Below the pieces are notes generated by a model. It made no database searches. It was given only the letters and a program-made list of their open reading frames with translations, and was not told the DNA's origin. Position numbers and translations under genes: made by a program. Positions 51,370 through 61,324 of a DNA stretch of 64,000 bases are shown here, in pieces; positions within the stretch are counted from its first letter, which is position 1; each line of letters begins with the position of its first letter. Where the stretch lies: NCBI GenBank assembly GCA_013215385.1, contig JABSOY010000020.1, positions 26,511 to 90,510 of the forward strand, written 5' to 3'. This DNA comes from Colwellia sp. (GTDB lineage Bacteria > Pseudomonadota > Gammaproteobacteria > Enterobacterales > Alteromonadaceae).

Positions 51370-51984
51370 ATGAAACATCTCTTTATACTTTTCACGCTAT
51401 TATTATCTTCATCATTTGCAAATTTCTCTAATGCAGCAACTAATGATGCAACTTCGCCTTATTCTGTAATAGCCGAAACGGGTCAACGCTTATTTTCGCG
51501 TATTGCTAACGATCAAAAGGCCTTGAAAAAATTCCCTGAACTCATGCGTATTATTGTTGAAGAAGAGTTAATGCCATCAATTGATTATAAATATGCCGCC
51601 TTTAAGATACTTGGCAAACATTTAAAAAAAATGTCTAAAGTACAACGTGAAAAATTCGTCGTTTCAATGCGTAGTTACTTAGTCAGAACTTATGCTACAG
51701 CGTTAAAGCAGTATAAAAACCAACAGGTATCATTCGAACCTAACCGTCCAACTAAAGGTGCAAAAATCGTCGGTGTAGACGCTATAATTTCTGATGGTAA
51801 AGCTCCAGATATAACCATTACTTTTCAAATGCGTCAGAATAAAAAAACCAAACAATGGAAAGCGTACGATATGATTATTGAAGGTATTTCATTGATTAGC
51901 AGTAAACAAGCAGAAATAGCTAAGCGCATCAAAAAGAACGGTATTGAACAAGTAACTTTAGAGCTAGCGGCTTTTAGCCAGTAA
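51370..51984 (+). CDS. MlaC/Ttg2D-family phospholipid-binding periplasmic protein
   Basis: The ATG at 51370 gives a signal peptide MKHLFILFTLLLSSSFA. The body matches the toluene-tolerance Ttg2D pattern (...WKAYDMIIEGISLI...). Confidence 0.75.
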   Translation: MKHLFILFTLLLSSSFANFSNAATNDATSPYSVIAETGQRLFSRIANDQKALKKFPELMRIIVEEELMPSIDYKYAAFKILGKHLKKMSKVQREKFVVSMRSYLVRTYATALKQYKNQQVSFEPNRPTKGAKIVGVDAIISDGKAPDITITFQMRQNKKTKQWKAYDMIIEGISLISSKQAEIAKRIKKNGIEQVTLELAAFSQ

Positions 51985-52092
51985 GCCAGCTGGTTACCTT
52001 AAAATAATAATCCATAAAGCCTCTTAATCTGCTAGCAAGCTATGCTAAAATCTTGAGCAATTTTATTAATATACAAGTAATTTTTAGCATAG

Positions 52093-52761
52093 ATGACTGT
52101 TATAAGCTTTTTCCTTACGCGCCACGGCGAAACTCAGTGGAATAAAATAGGTAAGTTTCAAGGACAACTTGATAGTCCTTTAACTGAAAAAGGCTATCAG
52201 CAAGCCCACCTAATGGCGGAGCAATTAAATCAAAAAAATATTAGTTGCATTGTTAGCTCTACATTAGCAAGAGCGGAAAAAACAGCGGCTATTTGCCAAG
52301 ATTTATTGCAATGCCCATTATTATTAAATGAGCAATTAATCGAAAGAAATTTTGGTTCTTGGCAAGGAAAACTTATCAATGAGGTAAAACTTGATACTAA
52401 TTACCAAGACATTTTTCATCAAGTAAACAACACCGCTCCGCCATCTGGCGAATCAGGCATTGAATGTGCTGAACGTTTTCAGCAATGTTTGATCGATATT
52501 GTTAACGAAAACAAAGAACAGCCAAAGTTCATCGAACAAACTAACAAGCATATTTTGGTGGTTAGCCATGGTGATATCTTACGCTGTTTTTTATCGACTC
52601 TGGTGAGTAACTTTTCTAATAACCATGCAATAAATACGCAAGATAAAGCCTTTGATAACGGCTGTATTTTCCAGATAAATTATAATATTGAACAGCAAAA
52701 CTTTACACTGATATCAGTTATTGATATTACTCAATCTTTATCGGTGGCACTTACTGAATGA
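52093..52761 (+). CDS. cobC: histidine phosphatase family protein, probable alpha-ribazole phosphatase
   Basis: RHGETQWN catalytic motif and a late SHGD. It overlaps the cbiB start (ATGA). Confidence 0.7.
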   Translation: MTVISFFLTRHGETQWNKIGKFQGQLDSPLTEKGYQQAHLMAEQLNQKNISCIVSSTLARAEKTAAICQDLLQCPLLLNEQLIERNFGSWQGKLINEVKLDTNYQDIFHQVNNTAPPSGESGIECAERFQQCLIDIVNENKEQPKFIEQTNKHILVVSHGDILRCFLSTLVSNFSNNHAINTQDKAFDNGCIFQINYNIEQQNFTLISVIDITQSLSVALTE

Positions 52762-53723
52762 TCACCTCAGCGATTATGATGCTCGCCTATATTTTGGATT
52801 TATTTTTTGCCGAAGTTAAACGTTTTCATCCTTTGGTTGGTTTTGGATTTTTAACCAATAAGGTTGAATTAGTCGCTAATTTAAAACCGACAGCAAATGA
52901 AAACACCAATAAGTGGCAACCGAGATTATTCGGCACTCTTTCTTGGTTACTATTATGTATTCCTCTCCCCGTTATATATTATTATTTTCACCAAAACACT
53001 TTTGTATTTTGGTGCTTAGACGCGATGACTCTTTATTTTTCTATTGGTTTGAAAAGCCTAAAACTTCATGCTCTGCAAATACTTAAACCACTAGAAAAAA
53101 ATGACTTAACAACCGCTCGGCACTTTTGTGGTTATTTAGTTAGCCGAAAAACCAACGAGTTATCTGAACAAGAAATATCAAGAGCAACGGTAGAGTCTGT
53201 ACTTGAAAATGGTCATGACGCTGCCGTAGCGAGCTTTTTTTGGTTTATTGTTGGCGGTGCGCCTTTAGTTATTTTACATAGATTAGCCAATACGTTAGAT
53301 GCGATGTGGGGTTATAAAAACCAACGTTTTCTCCACTTTGGCTGGTGCGCGGCCCGCATGGATGACTTACTCGGTTGGCCAAGTGCTAAAATTAGCGCGC
53401 TATTGTATGCCTGCCAAACGAACTTTTCGTTAACCCAAATGGTCAAGGCACTAAAAAATGGCTATCAGCAAAGTCAAAATTATAAAAGTTTGAATGGTGG
53501 CTGGGTAATGGCAACAGGCGCTAGCGTGTTAAACTTTGCCCTTGGCGGAACGGCTATTTATCATGGTAAAACAGTAATTTCACCGACCTTAGGTTGTGGT
53601 AAAACTGTGGTCAGGCAAGATATTTTTCGCAGTGTAACGCTGGTGAATAAAGCTGTTATTATTTTTATTGCGCTTTGCTTTAGCCATGACCTGATTAATA
53701 TTTTATTTGTTGGGAGCTGGTAA
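52758..53723 (+). CDS. cbiB: adenosylcobinamide-phosphate synthase
   Basis: Multi-TM protein of 321 aa showing the CobD/CbiB pattern (HPLVGFG..., ESVLENGHDA, LDAMWGYKN). Confidence 0.85.
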   Translation: MITSAIMMLAYILDLFFAEVKRFHPLVGFGFLTNKVELVANLKPTANENTNKWQPRLFGTLSWLLLCIPLPVIYYYFHQNTFVFWCLDAMTLYFSIGLKSLKLHALQILKPLEKNDLTTARHFCGYLVSRKTNELSEQEISRATVESVLENGHDAAVASFFWFIVGGAPLVILHRLANTLDAMWGYKNQRFLHFGWCAARMDDLLGWPSAKISALLYACQTNFSLTQMVKALKNGYQQSQNYKSLNGGWVMATGASVLNFALGGTAIYHGKTVISPTLGCGKTVVRQDIFRSVTLVNKAVIIFIALCFSHDLINILFVGSW

Positions 53724-54793
53724 TGACGATCCACCCTAATAAAGCTCCAGCTGCACTCGTTCATGGCGGGCAACTCAATCAAATGGCTGAGCTTTACCAA
53801 ATACCTACTGAACAATGGCTAGATCTTTCTACCGGCATAAGTCCAACGAGTTATCCGATCCCTGAAATACCGCAAGATATTTGGCAGCAATTACCGCAGC
53901 CAAGCAAAAGCTTATTCAACGCAGCTCGGCGTTATTATGGAACTAAAAATATTAGCGCAACTAGTGGTAGCCAAGCAATTATCGCGCGTTTACCGCATTT
54001 ATTTAAACATTACGTGCAAAAAAACATCACTCACATTGATGTCTGGTTACCGCAGGTAGGTTATAAAGAACATGAAAAATCATGGCGTGATGCTGGTTTT
54101 AATATTAAGCAATATCAACAATTACCCTCTGGTGAAGAATTAACTCAACACGCGATTGTGGTCGTTATTAACCCCAATAATCCGACCGGTAAATTGCAAC
54201 AGCAACCAACGTTAACAGCATTACTCAAAAAAATAGCGGCTCTATCAGGTTGGTTAGTAGTTGATGAAGCTTTTATGGATGTTATTCAGCCCAGCCAGTC
54301 GATTATTAATTTAACTGACAATAAGCACCTTTTTGTTTTACGTTCGGTTGGTAAGTTTTTTGGTTTAGCTGGTATTCGAATTGGCTTCTTAAGTGCCAAT
54401 CAATATTGGCTAGAAAAGTTAAAAGCAATGTCTTCGCCATGGGAAGTAAACGGTCCGGCACAATTTATTACTGAGCAAGCATTAAATAATCAGCAATGGC
54501 AATCTAGACAACAACAAACACTTATTACGTTATCAACGCAACTCGAAGAATTATTAACAGCAACGTTTTTAAAGCCGTTAAGTAAAGACGCAGAAATAAA
54601 AATTAGCATAAGTGGCTGCGGATTATTTAAAACATTAATTCACCCTCAAGCGACAGAGCTTTTTCAATCATTCTGTCGACAGGGGCTTTACGTGCGTTTA
54701 TGCGATGAAAAAAACGCCCTTCGTTTTGGTGTACCTAAGCAAGATCAATTTGCTAAACTAATTAAGTTACTTGCTCAACATCGCCATAGCTGA
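53723..54793 (+). CDS. cobD: threonine-phosphate decarboxylase (class I/II aminotransferase fold)
   Basis: N-terminal HGGQL...DLSTGISP. The PLP Lys region is RSVGKFFGLAGIRIG. It is coupled to cbiB (TAATG). Confidence 0.8.
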   Translation: MTIHPNKAPAALVHGGQLNQMAELYQIPTEQWLDLSTGISPTSYPIPEIPQDIWQQLPQPSKSLFNAARRYYGTKNISATSGSQAIIARLPHLFKHYVQKNITHIDVWLPQVGYKEHEKSWRDAGFNIKQYQQLPSGEELTQHAIVVVINPNNPTGKLQQQPTLTALLKKIAALSGWLVVDEAFMDVIQPSQSIINLTDNKHLFVLRSVGKFFGLAGIRIGFLSANQYWLEKLKAMSSPWEVNGPAQFITEQALNNQQWQSRQQQTLITLSTQLEELLTATFLKPLSKDAEIKISISGCGLFKTLIHPQATELFQSFCRQGLYVRLCDEKNALRFGVPKQDQFAKLIKLLAQHRHS

Positions 54794-55294
54794 AGCGAGT
54801 TTATCTGCATATTCAGTGTTTTTTAACTGCCCTTTTTCGCTATCAAAATTATCATAAAAGTTTGGCACAGATAAATGAGCTTTCACATCACCAGCAAAAT
54901 ATGGTGCTGAATTTACTGCTGCAGCTAAAACTGTTGCTGCGCCGCCAGGACCCGGCGAGGTAGAAAGTAATACTAACGGTTTATTTTGATATACTTTTTG
55001 CAGCGTACGAGAACTCCAGTCAAATAGGTTTTTAAATGCTGCGGTATATGAACCATTGTGCTCTGCAAAACCAATAACCACAGCATCAGCACTGGCTATT
55101 TTATCAATAAAGTTCTGAGCTAATTGCGGCTTACCTAATTCAGCTTCTCTATCTTCACTAAACAAAGGCATTTCATAATCATTAATATCAAGCACTTCAA
55201 CTTGTGCATTTTCCACTAAACTTGCGGCGTGGCTTACTAACTGTTTATTAATTGATTTACGGCTACTGGTGGCAGCAAAAGCGATAATTTTCAT
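54767..55294 (-). CDS. NADPH-dependent FMN reductase family protein
   Basis: MKIIAFAATSSRKSINKQL..., EHNGSYTAAFKN, 175 aa. It overlaps the cobD 3' end by 27 nt in convergent orientation. Confidence 0.8.
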   Translation of the reverse strand: MKIIAFAATSSRKSINKQLVSHAASLVENAQVEVLDINDYEMPLFSEDREAELGKPQLAQNFIDKIASADAVVIGFAEHNGSYTAAFKNLFDWSSRTLQKVYQNKPLVLLSTSPGPGGAATVLAAAVNSAPYFAGDVKAHLSVPNFYDNFDSEKGQLKNTEYADKLASAMAMLSK

Positions 55295-55408
55295 ATGAAC
55301 TCCAATTTTGTAACGATATACCTACTATTTATAGGTATTGCAATGAAAGTAGTGTAGTTTATTTCCTATAGATTAATAACAACCTAATTACAAACATATT
55401 GTTTCCAT

Positions 55409-56341
55409 ATGAAAGCTAATACAACTTTATTCCCACCCCAAAATAAAAGTAATTTACTTGATGGCATCGCTATTTTTGTGCAAGTTGTACAAAGTAAAAG
55501 CTTTGTCAATGCTGCTGAAAAAATGAATCACTCAACCTCTTATATCAGTAAAGAGGTCAGTAAGTTAGAAACTCGTTTAGGCGTGCGTTTATTGCATCGC
55601 ACCACAAGGACATTGAGCTTAACATCTGAAGGTGAAGTTTATTATCAACAATGTCAGCAGATAATTGAAGATGCTTTGCAAGTAGAAAGTAGTATTTCAG
55701 GACGACAGCAAATACCTCAAGGTCGTTTAAAATTAAGCTGCCCTGTTGGTATAGGCGTTTCACGTATTCGCCCTATATTGGCAGAGTTTCTTGCTAAGTA
55801 TCCAAAGATAACTTTAGACATTGACTTAAACGATCATAAAGTAGATTTAGTTGCCGATGGCTTTGATATAGTCATCAGAGCTGCAGTTCAACTTGAAGAC
55901 TCGAGTTTGATCAGTCGCCGTTTTATGAACTCAACTAGCCTGACGCTCGCTTCACCTGAATATTTAAAGAATCATGGTACACCTATGCACCCTGAGGAGT
56001 TAGTTGATCATCAAATGATCAGTTACCGTAACTTAAAAACACCTGAAACTTGGCACTATACCACTAAGAGCGGGCACAAAACTCAGACCCATGTGACGAG
56101 CCGCGTATCATGTAATAACTCAGAAATGATGATTTCACTTTGTTTGGCTGGGCAAGGCATAATACGCATGCCGCTTTTTAATTTACGAGAAGAAGTAGAG
56201 TCCGGTAAATTAATTCCGTTGTTTGAAGATTTAATGCCGATTAATATAGGCGTTTATCTGGTTTATCCAAGTAAAAAAAATATGCCCGCTAAGCTGAGGT
56301 GTTTCATAGACTTTATAATGGAAAAACTAGGCGATAGTTAG
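55409..56341 (+). CDS. LysR family transcriptional regulator
   Basis: HTH FVQVVQSKSFVNAAEKMNHSTSYISKEVSKLE. It is divergent from the FMN reductase gene. Confidence 0.85.
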   Translation: MKANTTLFPPQNKSNLLDGIAIFVQVVQSKSFVNAAEKMNHSTSYISKEVSKLETRLGVRLLHRTTRTLSLTSEGEVYYQQCQQIIEDALQVESSISGRQQIPQGRLKLSCPVGIGVSRIRPILAEFLAKYPKITLDIDLNDHKVDLVADGFDIVIRAAVQLEDSSLISRRFMNSTSLTLASPEYLKNHGTPMHPEELVDHQMISYRNLKTPETWHYTTKSGHKTQTHVTSRVSCNNSEMMISLCLAGQGIIRMPLFNLREEVESGKLIPLFEDLMPINIGVYLVYPSKKNMPAKLRCFIDFIMEKLGDS

Positions 56342-56348
56342 TAAACAA

Positions 56349-56984
56349 CTACGCCAAGTGCTGCTTTTGCTCAAACATCCCTTTCACTAAGAAGAATTGA
56401 GCAAGGTAATAGCTGGTCATTATCCAAAAGCTGGCATTAGGTATTTGTTGATAGAATTGATTAAGTCCAATTAATGAATCAGAGATAATAAAACTTATAC
56501 CGCCAATAATCAGCCAAGTATTCGATTTTTGTGACAGTAACGTTGTTATTCCCATCAACAGAAGTACCGTCATATATATCAATACCGGTATAAATAGCTC
56601 ACCTAAACCAGCATAAATGAATGAAAACATGCCAATGCCATACAAGCAATATAATACGATTATCGGCACACGTTTTAAGGGAAAAGGTTTTAAGCTAAAA
56701 ATATAAAAAATATGGGCAACTAAGAAAGAACCTAAACCAAAAATAAACCAATTAATCCGATCGTAATCTAAGAAGAAGTCTCCTAAAGCGGAAAATACTA
56801 AACCGACTATAAATAGTTTATGAGCACTTTCTCGAGTTATAGACCATTGTTGCCATGAAAACTGGAGTAAAACAGCGATAGGTAAAATCTTCAATGCCCA
56901 GCTAAACGGAAACGGTGTTAAAAAAGTAGAAAGAATAAATATAATGGCAAAAGATATAAATAAATTTTGCTGTGTTTTCGTCAT
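56349..56984 (-). CDS. YhhN-family lysoplasmalogenase-like membrane protein
   Basis: 211 aa and about 7 TM. The motifs ALGDFFL and ISDSLIG are typical of YhhN. Confidence 0.7.
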   Translation of the reverse strand: MTKTQQNLFISFAIIFILSTFLTPFPFSWALKILPIAVLLQFSWQQWSITRESAHKLFIVGLVFSALGDFFLDYDRINWFIFGLGSFLVAHIFYIFSLKPFPLKRVPIIVLYCLYGIGMFSFIYAGLGELFIPVLIYMTVLLLMGITTLLSQKSNTWLIIGGISFIISDSLIGLNQFYQQIPNASFWIMTSYYLAQFFLVKGMFEQKQHLA

Positions 56985-57291
56985 TTTTTTATATTCCTAT
57001 TAAATATTTCCCTCAGTTTATTGAATAAACGTTTGAAAATCATCTTTTAAATCAACAAGTGATAATAGGTAAAGTTTTAATACTAAGAAGCCATTAAGAG
57101 TTCTACACGATAGAATAATATAACTGAATTAATGTTTTATAAGCTCAGTAAAGCTAATTTTTTGGTTAAACCTTTGTTTAGTGCTAAAAACTGAACGACG
57201 AGTACCATGACACGTAGCAAAAGCTTTAACAGCTAAAAATAATAAGTTCTATAGATAATTAAATGACCACAGAGGAGCTATGATTACCTAT

Positions 57292-57327
57292 AAAAACGCT
57301 TAGCCGAATAGAATAGGGCTAAGCGTT
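57292..57327 (-). terminator. rho-independent terminator of the TonB-dependent receptor gene
   Basis: On the minus strand: AACGCTTAGCC-loop-GGCTAAGCGTT followed by TTTTT. Confidence 0.75.
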
Positions 57328-57358
57328 GTGTTTACTAATGTACCATTTAAAACCGGTA

Positions 57359-59458
57359 TTAAAACTTGTAACTTACCCCGAACTTTACGGTTCTAGGTTT
57401 ACCCACATTAATCTCACCGTTTTCACCACCGGCTAAATAACCTTTATCAAACATGTTTTCAATATTCAATCTCACTAATAAGTCATTGCCTGCCATAGGT
57501 AAAGCATAGCTGAAGCCAGCATCAAAACGAGTGTAACCCGATTTTTTTAGGCTATTTTTAGCATCAGCATAACGATCACCTTCGTAAAAGGCACCAAGAT
57601 TAAGTGCGGCATTTTCTGAAATTGAATACTTAAGCCAAACAGAAGCGGTTAACTCTGGTACATCTTCAGGACGGTTGCCTTGATATTCATTATGGGCATC
57701 ATATTTTGCATCGAGATACATAGCAGAAGTGATCAATGATAAGTTTTCATTGATCTCACCAATTACGCCGATCTCTAACCCTTTATGGCGTTGAATACCG
57801 CCTTGCGTTGTGATCATCTCGAATTCAGCATCGTTCTCCAAGTTAACTTCAAGCACGATATTTTTACGTTTGATGTCAAAAGCCGCGGCATTAAGGCGTA
57901 ATTTACCAGAAAATAATTCCCACTTAGCACCAACTTCAACCATGATGCCTTTTACCGGATCTAGCTCAAGACCGAAATTTGCATCTTCATCATCAGTTAC
58001 ATCACCTTGCGGTTCAAAGCTTTCACTGTAATTTGCATAAAGTGAAGCATTTTCATTCGGATGATAAATCACCCCAAATTTAGGCAATACCGAAGAGTTA
58101 TCCGCATCGGCTTTTTCTTGCTTATCAAAACGCACCCCGAGTAATACTTGCCATTGATCATTAACTGTGATCAAATCTTGCCCGAAAACACCATAATATT
58201 TATAAGATTCATCTTTTGCTTTCGCATCAGCGTAATCAAGTTCTTGACGAGGGATAATCGTACCTTCGTTAAGGTTCGCTTCCTGTTTATCACCTTTCAC
58301 TTTTAAAGAGGTATATTCGTGCTTTAAATAATTACCGCCCACTAATAGATCATGGGACAAACCAGCAAAGTCAACTGAGCCTACAAAATCGAAATAAAAG
58401 GCCTTTTGCTGCCAGTCTTCTAATTTATCGTAAGGTTTGTTTTCATAAATACCTGTTTCGGGATCAAAGTCATCTTGTGTTTGCGGCTTACTTTCCCAAC
58501 GTTCACGTTCGTTATGTTGGTTGTTATACCCTGCTTCTAGTTGCCAGTTTTCATTGAGTTGGTAACGAACATCTGCACCATAGTTTTGACTTTGCGCATC
58601 AATTTTTGTCCACGGCATATCCCAAATAAGATCATCACCACCGACCACATCACCATTGTCATCAACCAAAGCACCACTGTCTTGACCCGCTACTTCATCT
58701 GAACTGTCAAAATGAAATGACAAGGTTAAGTCATCATTGACATCAAAATCGGTCATCAGGCTACCGACAAAAAAATCACTTTCTTGCTCGGTACCATCTT
58801 GATATTCACGCCAGTTTTTATTGTCTTCTTTTTCAAGAATAGCGCGATAACGCATGGTCTTTTCTTCATTAAAACTCCCCCCTATATCGAGGCCTAATCT
58901 TAATGAACCATTTTCATCTCCTTTTACTGATATTTCAGTAAACGAATCAAAGCTTGGTTTTTTAGTGACTAAATTAATTAATCCGCCGGGCGTTGATTGC
59001 CCGTAAAGCAGACTTGAAGGTCCTTTCAATACTTCAACATTATCAATCAATGCCATAGGTAAACGATATTTAGAGAAATGCTGGTGGCCATTTTTTAGCA
59101 AGTTGGTACTTTCTTCTAGGGTAAAACCACGCAAACTGAAACGCTCTCGGTCCGTTGTTACCCTGCCAATAGATACACTGGCGTCATTTCTCAGTGCTTC
59201 GCCTAACGTTACCACCAGTTGATCATCCATTACTTCGGTTGGAATAACCGTTACTGATTGAGGAGTATTCAACAATGAAACATTTGAACGCATAGCAGCA
59301 TGCGCTTCGTCTGTTTTGTAATGAGCATGCCTGCCTACTACTGTTAATACTTCGATATCCTTATCGGTTTTATCATCTGCTACTTCCATTGCAAATGCGC
59401 CTGTTGGCTGTAAAATTACTGCGATAACTACGGATATCAATTTAACTTTTGTGTTCAT
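57359..59458 (-). CDS. TonB-dependent siderophore receptor
   Basis: Signal peptide and plug domain (VEVLKGPSSLLYGQSTPGGLINLVTKKP). The 22-strand barrel region ends ...FGVSYKF. A Fur box lies upstream. Confidence 0.9.
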   Translation of the reverse strand: MNTKVKLISVVIAVILQPTGAFAMEVADDKTDKDIEVLTVVGRHAHYKTDEAHAAMRSNVSLLNTPQSVTVIPTEVMDDQLVVTLGEALRNDASVSIGRVTTDRERFSLRGFTLEESTNLLKNGHQHFSKYRLPMALIDNVEVLKGPSSLLYGQSTPGGLINLVTKKPSFDSFTEISVKGDENGSLRLGLDIGGSFNEEKTMRYRAILEKEDNKNWREYQDGTEQESDFFVGSLMTDFDVNDDLTLSFHFDSSDEVAGQDSGALVDDNGDVVGGDDLIWDMPWTKIDAQSQNYGADVRYQLNENWQLEAGYNNQHNERERWESKPQTQDDFDPETGIYENKPYDKLEDWQQKAFYFDFVGSVDFAGLSHDLLVGGNYLKHEYTSLKVKGDKQEANLNEGTIIPRQELDYADAKAKDESYKYYGVFGQDLITVNDQWQVLLGVRFDKQEKADADNSSVLPKFGVIYHPNENASLYANYSESFEPQGDVTDDEDANFGLELDPVKGIMVEVGAKWELFSGKLRLNAAAFDIKRKNIVLEVNLENDAEFEMITTQGGIQRHKGLEIGVIGEINENLSLITSAMYLDAKYDAHNEYQGNRPEDVPELTASVWLKYSISENAALNLGAFYEGDRYADAKNSLKKSGYTRFDAGFSYALPMAGNDLLVRLNIENMFDKGYLAGGENGEINVGKPRTVKFGVSYKF

Positions 59459-59489
59459 ATGTCCTCAATGCCTATTTTCCCAAAAAGTA

Positions 59490-59523
59490 TCAAGTCACTT
59501 GAATCAAGATTCAAGTGACTTGA
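59490..59523. repeat. perfect 16-bp-arm inverted repeat in the receptor leader
   Basis: TCAAGTCACTTGAATC (59490-59505), then AA, then GATTCAAGTGACTTGA (59508-59523). It lies 32 nt upstream of the receptor start codon. Confidence 0.9.
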
Positions 59524-59559
59524 GACTTAATTAATTGTCATGTAAATAATCCAGAGAAT

Positions 59560-59578
59560 CTTAATGAGAACAATTATC
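59560..59578. promoter_or_regulatory. Fur box
   Basis: CTTAATGAGAACAATTATC matches the consensus GATAATGATAATCATTATC at 14 of 19 positions by hand alignment. It sits in the promoter region of the TonB-dependent receptor. Confidence 0.65.
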
Positions 59579-59688
59579 ATTGTCAATTGTAAGAACGCAA
59601 AAAACTGAATGTTTTTATGTATTCAGGCTTTTTTTTATTTGTATCACATTTAATTTACACATTAGAAACATTTAAGTACTCTATAAAT

Positions 59689-60885
59689 TTAATTTATCAA
59701 CAACTGTGGTGAGAATGGCCTAGACGCTTCATCTGGTATAGAAACACTGATAGTGGTTAATACAATTCCTGCCAAGCAGATTATTATTGCGAGTATCCCA
59801 GAAGTCCCCTGCCATTTAACGACAGAGGGCTGCTTACGTTTAACCTTAAGCCAGGCCATGTATATCCCTGACGCTATGATAAAGCTTAGGCATAGACCAA
59901 AGACAAACCAAATAACTTTAGAGGTAATACCTGAAAAATGTCCAAAATGAATGAGGTCTACTGAATCAGTTAAACGGGCATATATTGATAGCTCTGTCGC
60001 ATACTGAACGGCTAACACTTCACCACTCACTGGATGAAGGTAAATACGGTTAGCTCTGTCAACAACAAGAAAGTCATTATTATTACCTCTGATTTCAATC
60101 GGTTTATTAGCGCTATTCGGGTAACGTATATAGGTAATATCCAAACTTTCAAAGGCTACTTTAGCTTTAATAATTACCTTAGTTAAAGCTAATGGTTTTG
60201 CATTAACTACTTCTGATTGTATTTGGGGCGGCTGCGGATAATATTCAATCTTTGCAGTCTGGAGGCTTTGATCAATAAAATACCAGAAACTGGTTATTGA
60301 AACCGTCGCGATAAACCACCATGACCATAGCGCGATGATTTTATGCCAGCTAGACCATGTTGTTCGTTTTGAGCTTTTAAGTTTATCTGGTCGCTTAAAG
60401 AAATAACGCCACCAGTCTTTATAAACAAAAAAACTACTCACTAAAATAATAAGTAGTAATAAGCTTAGTGAAGTAACAATAAGTTTGCCGACATCGCCCA
60501 TCGAAAGCTTGCGGTGGATGTCTCGAATAAAGCGAGACAATCGCCCCCAGCGACCTTCCCCTAAAATTTGTCCGGTATTGGCATCAAAATAGACAAAGCT
60601 GCGCAAATTATTTGTCACTATCTGAGCTTCGCCAGCAAGGTACCTTTCAGGCCTTATTTGAATTCTTTGTAGATAACTATCGGGGTATTTTTTAGCTAGC
60701 TGATTTTCAAGTTGATGAAAGTCGACTTTTGTTCTTGGGGTTAGCGCCCGAAATTTTTGATCGATTAAATATTCAATCTCATGACTTATACTAGCAAGTG
60801 TTCCAGTGAAACATACAAATAATAATAATGCGCCTAAAAATACTCCAGCCCAAGTATGGAGTTGAAACCACTGCTTATTTGTCAC
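59689..60885 (-). CDS. PepSY-associated TM helix protein (PiuB-like iron-regulated membrane protein)
   Basis: 398 aa. N-terminal WFQLHTWAGVFLG motif, four TM segments, and a position upstream of a siderophore receptor. Confidence 0.8.
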   Translation of the reverse strand: MTNKQWFQLHTWAGVFLGALLLFVCFTGTLASISHEIEYLIDQKFRALTPRTKVDFHQLENQLAKKYPDSYLQRIQIRPERYLAGEAQIVTNNLRSFVYFDANTGQILGEGRWGRLSRFIRDIHRKLSMGDVGKLIVTSLSLLLLIILVSSFFVYKDWWRYFFKRPDKLKSSKRTTWSSWHKIIALWSWWFIATVSITSFWYFIDQSLQTAKIEYYPQPPQIQSEVVNAKPLALTKVIIKAKVAFESLDITYIRYPNSANKPIEIRGNNNDFLVVDRANRIYLHPVSGEVLAVQYATELSIYARLTDSVDLIHFGHFSGITSKVIWFVFGLCLSFIIASGIYMAWLKVKRKQPSVVKWQGTSGILAIIICLAGIVLTTISVSIPDEASRPFSPQLLIN

Positions 60886-60944
60886 TTTTAACCTTTACAA
60901 TTTCCTACCAACCCTTTTGATGGTCGATATACCCCAATATTTTG

Positions 60945-61028
60945 CCGCCACTATATCAGCTATATATTATTAAGGTAAATTTTGGACTATGTCTCAGAGT
61001 TTAGCTGTTTTCGGGTTTGCTGTTAGTT
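60945..61028 (-). repeat. degenerate terminal attC-like site
   Basis: GGTAAATTTTGGACT...AGCTGTTTTCGGGTTTGCTGTTAGTT resembles the family centre and right half (GGCTAAAATTTTGAGGAAC...AACTGT.ATTTTTCCGTTT...CTTGTTAG). The left half is poorly conserved. Confidence 0.35.
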
Positions 61029-61221
61029 ACGCAGGTTGATAAATAAGTTATCTCGCTAAATCCTCTCATATCACCATAGAAAGCTAAAGCGTATAATTAT
61101 GTCAGTATGGTTTGCTTTCGTAGCCAAACTTCATTACAGGCATTAAACCAAATTTCTTCTTTTGCCACATAACGGTCATTACCTAAAAAACACAAAACAA
61201 CGTTTCGGATTAGAATTCGTA

Positions 61222-61322
61222 TCGATAACGCCCCACTAAGAGGCAAATAATAGTTGGTTAAAATAAGCGACGAAGGAGCAAAAACCAACTATTTTTTGTC
61301 CTTGTTTAACAGCTTGTTAGCC
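61222..61322 (-). repeat. attC-like recombination site
   Basis: CGATAACGCC-CCACTAAGAGG-CAAATAATAGTTGGTT ... AACCAACTATTTTTT-GTCCTTGTTTAACAGCTT-GTTAGCC. The internal arms AATAGTTGGTT and AACCAACTATT are a perfect match. Confidence 0.7.
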
Positions 61323-61324
61323 AT

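Noticed and set aside
51985-52092. Cobalamin riboswitch upstream of cobC.
   Set aside because: The spacer is only about 108 nt, is AT-rich, and shows no B12-box-like conserved core by eye. It would need an Rfam scan to exclude formally.
61097-61288. 63-aa minus-strand ORF at the end of the cassette array.
   Set aside because: Its N-terminal third is encoded by the attC-like site at 61222-61322. The remainder has no credible start or motif. More likely this is a decayed cassette of about 195 bp.
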